Shown: positions 56,832 to 64,000 of the stretch, one piece after another
Layout of the letters: each line of letters opens with the position of its first letter
Position numbering within the stretch: the stretch's first letter is position 1
NCBI RefSeq assembly: GCF_009914755.1
Contig: NC_060929.1
Reading direction: 5' to 3' (one strand)
Length of the DNA: 64,000 bases
DNA from: the human T2T-CHM13v2.0 reference genome, Homo sapiens
The notes under the pieces: generated by a model
The model's input: only the letters and a program-made list of their open reading frames with translations
What the model was told of the DNA's origin: nothing
Database searches by the model: none
Program-made: the position numbers and the translations under genes

Positions 56832-56875
56832 TGACTAACTGGAAGTCTCTCAACTGTCTTTCTTTCCCTCCCTAG
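56832..56875 (+). other. MAP1B: Branch point (TGACTAAC), polypyrimidine tract and 3' splice site of intron 1
   Basis: Branch A at 56838, 37 nt before the acceptor; tctttctttccctccctag. Confidence 0.8.
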
Positions 56876-56977
56876 GAATCCGATCATGGGACACAAACCT
56901 GATTGAATGCAACTTGGACCAAGAACTCAAACTTTTTGTATCTCGACACTCTGCAAGATTCTCTCCTGAAGTCCCAG
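56876..56977 (+). CDS. MAP1B: MAP1B coding exon 2 (102 nt)
   Basis: Acceptor ccctag|GA, donor CAG|GTGAGG; continues in frame from exon 1 as (G)IRSWDTNLIECNLDQELKLFVSRHSARFSPEVP(G). Missed by the ORF track because it is an internal exon. Confidence 0.96.
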
Positions 56978-59345
56978 GTGAGGCTTCCGCTCAGTGTTGG
57001 TCAGCCTAGAATTCCAAAGGACAAGGAGCAAGCTAGAAAGCTTTGTCTGAGGCAGCAAAAAGACTCTCCTATTGCTAAAAGGATACTTTGTATTTGTTAT
57101 TATCAACTAGGTTAGCCAGCAGCCACAGTTTAGGAAGTCACTCTAGGTTATCACTGTGTGGGTTATCTATTTTGTGGATTCTTAATGAGTTTTTAAGTTC
57201 TAGGGTTGTGTATGTGTATATATATATACACACACACATCAATGATCACACAAATTTTGAATTGATATCCAGGGCTTGAGAAAGAGAGAGAGAGAAAGAG
57301 AGAGAGATAGTATAGTGTGTGTATGTGTATCTCACTGTACTCTGAGCTCAAGGGACTACAAACTATTTAAATGTTAATCTTACTCAAATGAAATTCTGAA
57401 TACAAATTGGATGCTCCTAGGATCCCAGAACTGTCTTCCTGCAAAAGAAAAAGGAAACATATACTGCATTTCAAAATGAAATATACATCATCATTTCATA
57501 ATTGCATTATCACCCGCCATTGCATTACCACTTATCTTTCTTCGTGTGGGTAAAAGAATCTGATATTACAAACTTCTGTTAAAATAGCCTTTTTTTCAGA
57601 GATGAAAAAGAATATCAAAGAATAATTAAAGGTAAGGATGCAAAAATTTGTCATATGTGAAGATGTTCCCACTAACCAGCCACCTTCCTGGGGCTATGAT
57701 CTGACCCATGCCTCTGGCGCTGGGGATGTATTCATACTGACCCATCTCGTCTTCTTCTTGTGAGCAATAACCTATATTCCTCCCATTTGGTCACATTTAG
57801 GAATTATGAGACAGTTTCTGGCCCATAAAGACTCCAAACCTGGAATATATTTCTCCAGACCTTTGCCATTGACCCATCAGAAACACTGTATTACATCTTA
57901 TTTCTTGACCATCACTTGAATTTTACATAAGAGAAAGCTATTTTCTGCCCATATGCTTTTGTTATATGATTCCTAATTTTATTGGCATTGATATAACATC
58001 AGGAATGAGATTCAGCCTATTTTGACTGGTTAGGTCATATTCCATTAGTCGTGTATATACATTGATATTTGAAATCACTTTTATAGAATATCAGTGCCTT
58101 CGTGAATCACATTTGGCTGCAGTAATATGCCCATAGGACTGTCTCAGTTCTTCCTTTTGAGTTTAATATTAGAATAAAATCCCATACATTTCAGTTATTG
58201 AAATGCATTGTAGCTTTCAAGTATGGAATTGAGTAAATGTGCTAAGAAAAGCTTAGCAAGAAATGGTTTATTAAAAGTTAACTTCCTGCAAAGCCACATG
58301 AAAAATCAGTTTTTAAGTAACTTTGCTTTGAGAAAAAAGGAATCCAGAGACTGTCAGACAGCATATGATTTGCTGAAGGAAAGGTACAGTATAAGGTTGT
58401 TTCTCTTGTTGTTATTTTATTGTATTTTTGTCTTGCGATATCTCCATATCTTTTAAAACCATCTCACAAAAAAAATGAGGGAAGTGCTGTTTTCCAAAAA
58501 GTATAATTATTTCAAAATGTAAAAACTACAAGCTTTTATTTTTTCTCTGTAGGTTGTTCTGGCTTTTTTACTATGATTGTTTGTAAGACTTCTTTTTTTG
58601 TGTGTACAAGTCATGTGGTTCTCATTGTGTTCATTCATATTTGGACTGACTTTATAGAGTGACAACTGCGTATTGCATAATGAAAGGCTGCAAGCATTGC
58701 TGAAGAATTAACCATTTCTAGACCCAAGACCTAGTATTGCTCCTGTGGAGTAGGAAGATCAAGTTCCCCCAAACTGTCACTTTAGCCTAATGTACCCCAT
58801 TCTCCTCTCCTTTCTCCTGCTATCACCTTCAGTAAGGATTAGTTACCTACCTAGTTGTATAGTGTTATGCTAGAGGCTGTGTTTGGAGATTGGCCTTTGG
58901 ACACACAGCATCTTTACTATTCTTGCCAATGCTAGAAAGGACTGATATTACGACTTTCCCTGTCAAGCCTATGAGTACGCTTTACAGGCCAAGGCTCCCC
59001 TCTGGGAATTAAGCATCTAGAATAGAGCCATTATAGTCATGCTCCTGTGTGGGGAGCATGAAGGTTTCCAACCAGGACTGTAAGGTGATAAAAGCACATG
59101 TCAGATTCAGTTTCAGATAAGTGTGTTTTAAAGAGAAGAGATGTTAGAGGATAAGAAGACATGGAGATCACAGGATGATCACTGGATTGGGCCCAGGGAA
59201 GCCTTTAGCTTTTCCTGAACAAACTGGAAAGGTTTTATGGAAAAATTTGAAGTCTGTTTTTAAGTGGGTCCAAGTCTAGTGGTCTCTAGCTAACTCATGT
59301 ACTTCAGTTCCCCTGAAATGGAATTAGCTGAACATTTTCCTTTAG

Positions 59346-59507
<162 letters not shown>

Positions 59508-59800
59508 TAACTTAGAGCCAAGGAGCAAGATGAAGGATGGATCCCCTAAAAAAAAATAGAGCCATTTTTCAGCCAGGTAAAACATTGTTAAAAATAGCAC
59601 CTACAATATACCAGGCATTATAGGGTGCTTGGTGAGTGAGGACACTGTGAAGAACAAAACAAATACAGTCATTACCTTTATTACACTTATATTCTTGTGA
59701 GAGGAGAAGGCATTTAACAATCATATACAGACCAACATAAAATCTAGCCCCCTGCATCAAATCCAGGCTTCAAACAGATTTTTGGGAGGTTTGGGTTTAA

Positions 59801-59959
<159 letters not shown>

Positions 59960-60680
59960 TAGTAAAATATTTATTGCCTTTTATGACATAAGTAAATTAA
60001 GGCTCAAGTTACCCATATATCTGTCTTATGTTCCTGTTGGTTATGATAGCTTTTGTTGTTTTTTAATAATTGGAGTTCACTTGTAAAGACTGAAGATAGC
60101 CTCAAATTGCAGCTAACAGATTGTGCAAATGGCACAAGATTGATTCCTTTGTACTAGTTTATACCTTATACTAGTTTTTAAATATGGTTTTGAGATTTGA
60201 TTTGACTATTTCTTCAGGATTGTAGGTCTCATTCAAGACCACTCTGAAAGACTTAGTCATCTTGAATAATATCCTTTGAGCAGGAATCTGAAATATGAGT
60301 GCTTTCTGTACACAAGGTGGGTGGTGGGTGCCTCAGTTCCCCAGAATGTTAGTTCTGTGATCTTTAAGCTCTGTCCAACTCTGGCATACTGTAATTCTTG
60401 GAGTGGTCAGTCATCTGGGCTTATCTTACTATTATTTTGCCTTACTATTGCAGCCTTGCCTTGCCTAAAGATCACTCAACAAAGCTTTGCTGTGTGCCCA
60501 GGGCAGGTCTCTGCTGATTTGCCTTGATGTAAAGCCATTCCTGGCCACATCTAAGCTGGATCAAGTGAGAACAGTCATCTTGAAAGAAAAGGTTAGGTGT
60601 TCCTTTATGAACACTCTCTAATCTTTTACTCAAAGGAAAGTTCAGTAGTTGAGTCTTTTCAAAATAGAGCAACAGTCTTT

Positions 60681-60984
60681 TGTTGTTGTTGTTGTTGTTT
60701 TGAAACAGTCTTAGCTATGTCATCGCCCAGGCTGGAGTGCAGTGGTGCAATCTTGGCTCACTGCAACCTCAACCTCCTGGGCTCAAATGATCCCCCCACC
60801 TCAGCCTCCTGAGTAGCTGGGACCATAGGTGTGCACCATCACACCTAGGTAATTTTTTGTATGTTTTGTAGAGATTGGATTTCCCCATGTTGCCCAGGCT
60901 GATCTCGAACTCCTGAGCTCAAGCAATCTGTCTGCCTTGGCCTCAAAGTTCTGGGATTATAGGTGTGAGCCACTGTGCCTGGCC
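60681..60984 (-). mobile_element. Alu (AluJ-like)
   Basis: (TTG)n tail; TSD AGAGCAACAGTCTT / AGAACAACAGTCTT. Confidence 0.93.
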
Positions 60985-61445
60985 AGAACAACAGTCTTAT
61001 ATTTCTTTAAAGTTATGATTTTAAATACTATCATAAAATTTTTATTTACCTATTATATCATATGTTTTTTGTACCCTAATCATGTTGGATGAGAATCATT
61101 TTGGTTAAGTCTGACCACAAAAGCAAAGCTAGGCTTACCATGCTGTACAGGGTTTATTTCATTTTCCGTTGCCATTTGCTTCTTTCCCAAATGTAACTTT
61201 AGGACTGTCTATGTATAGTAGTAAAGAAGGATATCTCCCAGGGGTTGTAAGAAGTGCCCCATAATTATCTGTCGTAGACAGACATCATTTTGAAACAAGC
61301 AAACAAATAAAAACTATTCTCAGGACAAGTGATGTCAGACTGAAAATCAGTTTCAATTTTTATTTTTTCCCTTAATTTTGCCACTTTTATCTGCCTATTA
61401 AAATAATTTAAAAATTTTGATCATCTGACTCCTCATCAGCAGCCT

Positions 61446-61990
<545 letters not shown>

Positions 61991-64000
61991 GAGTGCTGTC
62001 TCCCTTCTGGAGTATCTATTTGACTTGTATATTTGGTGATTGTTATTATCCGTGGGAAATACCGGGTATTGATATTTGGCTAGTTTCCTTTTTGTAGTAA
62101 TTTTAAATTTGTATTAAAGATGTTTCTCAGAGAAACGACTGCTTTCAGCATTCTCAGAAGGCGCAGAGCTGCTGACTATGTGTAAAGGGTGACAACATTC
62201 TATGGCTGAGCTTCTAAGGTCCTTTGGGCTTGAGAGCAAAAAGCCGGCAATGCTTTAAAGTGCTGGCTGGTAAAGCAGAGCCTGAGAGGGGGTTGGAGAC
62301 CATTTGCAAAATGGTCCTGTGGGTGCCCACGCAAGGGCTGTCAGGGAACGTGTGCACAGTTTGAGGGCTGGCCTGCCTCCTTGCTATGATAACCCATCCA
62401 TGGTCACTCCCTCCACGCCGTTCTACACTCGCTTTTCTCTTCTGCTCTCACCAATCAACAGGTGACTATAGACGTTGCCAGGTTTAAGAAACAGATTTCT
62501 TGTGGTTTATTTTCTTAGCTGAATACACAGTAAGACCTTGATATATTTACATTTTGTCACTAGTTTTATAACATCTAGATCACATTCACAAAAATCATCA
62601 TAAAATGTGATGGATGGTGTATATGGGCAGTTTTGTTTTAAGAACCGATGCCTTTTTCCTAGAAGATAAACGAACCACAGCTGAGCATCTTTAGATTTGT
62701 GCTGAGTGATTGCTAAAAACATCTTGCCTGGAGATTGGTTTTCGATGGAGAATTAGAATCAGCCCTTTGAATTTCAGTCATGCGAATCTTCTCCCTTTGA
62801 CATTAATGAGGCACGGGTTACAACTAATATTTACCAGTTGAGTGATAAGAAAATGAGAAAATACTCTTAGAAAAGGTCTAAGAATATTTTAAGCCATCTT
62901 TCTCTGTCTAGACTTGTGTGTTTAGTCTGTTGTGTGTAGAATTATAGCTTAATTGTATGTGCCTAGAATACATCAACTGCTCTATGACAGGGAGTAATGA
63001 ATGTGTTTTCAGCCCTGCTCCAACCTTTAAACAATAAGGCACACAAATATATGTTCTAGCGGCATTCAAGGGGCTGACTCACCCTCAGGGAACCTGCAAT
63101 TTCAGAGGGACAGCCGATTCTTTATCCTCATGTTTTCTGTGTTGTTTGTGTACACGCACAGGTCTAGGTACTTGTCCCCATGCCTGTGAGGCTCTGCTCA
63201 TCTTTCCTCATTGCATCATCATACAAGGTTATAGGAGAAATCGTGGTATGTTAGAAGAAAATGACAAATAGAGAGCATTATATTCGTTAAGGTAACCAGA
63301 TCTCTGTTTAATATTCCTTGAGGTCATTGCTGCCTGCCTGGGAAGGAGAGTCCCATTTTAATGCAAATCCCTAGCCTTTCTCCCACTTGCCCCGTGCCCT
63401 GAGCCCTCCTGGCCCGGTTGCAGGGAACAGAGTGATCGGCAGCTCCTCATGCTGTCCGCTCTCACCCCAGTGCTCCCATTGAGACTTTGCCGCCCAAGCA
63501 GCAGACAGCCCAGTCACCCCCACCTGCATCCTTTTCTAGCGGTGAAAGAGCCAGACCTTCCAAGGAGAAGATTAGAATTTTATAGTGTACGCAGCATAAG
63601 GCATAATTCCTGCAAGCTTTACATCTTGGTCAACTTTCAAATTTCAGGATTCTTTATATCCAGATCCTCACATACAAGGGAATTTTTTCCCTTGGTGCAG
63701 GTGTGGCCAGCAGAAAGGAATAAAATGGCATTTCACTGCCATGTTCAGGCTTCCTCATTCCTCAGGGTAGTTAATAATGGGCTCTTTCAGACCACCCTAG
63801 AAATACCTATTCATCTCACTTTTTTTTTTTTTTTTTAAGAGTGGAAAGGATGTTTTACTCTGCTGACTGTAATGGCTCTCACGCAGTTCCTAATGGGCAC
63901 TGTGGAACCACTCAGCATAGACAGGCATAGGCAGGAAGGTAGCAGAAAATGGGCTGCCTGGGCCCAGGAGCCATTTTAGGAGATGTCAATAACCCCTCCA

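Noticed and set aside
59037-59061. 9-bp hairpin TCATGCTCC/GGAGCATGA
   Set aside because: Too short for a pre-miRNA and within chance expectation

Overview
Primate (human or closely related hominoid) genomic DNA covering the 5' end of MAP1B (microtubule-associated protein 1B) on the + strand. About 48 kb of repeat-rich upstream intergenic DNA (Alu, old L1, L2, MIR, MaLR LTRs, Charlie1 and MER2 DNA transposons) leads into a TATA-containing CpG-island promoter. Coding exon 1 is at 48709-48892, intron 1 is about 8 kb, coding exon 2 is at 56876-56977, and the window ends in intron 2. No other protein-coding gene is supported; the other ORF-track entries are repeat-derived, GC-rich or chance frames. 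I see no convincing new multi-gene system. The most notable signals are (i) a near-consensus RE1/NRSE (REST) site in a tiny CpG-preserved patch about 44 kb upstream of this neuronal gene, (ii) a 46-bp non-tandem duplication bracketing exon 2, (iii) several small palindromic or template-switch structures, and (iv) the G-rich 5'UTR motif that matches, from memory, the FMRP-bound G-quadruplex. Repeat family calls come from recognising consensus motifs by eye, not from a database search.
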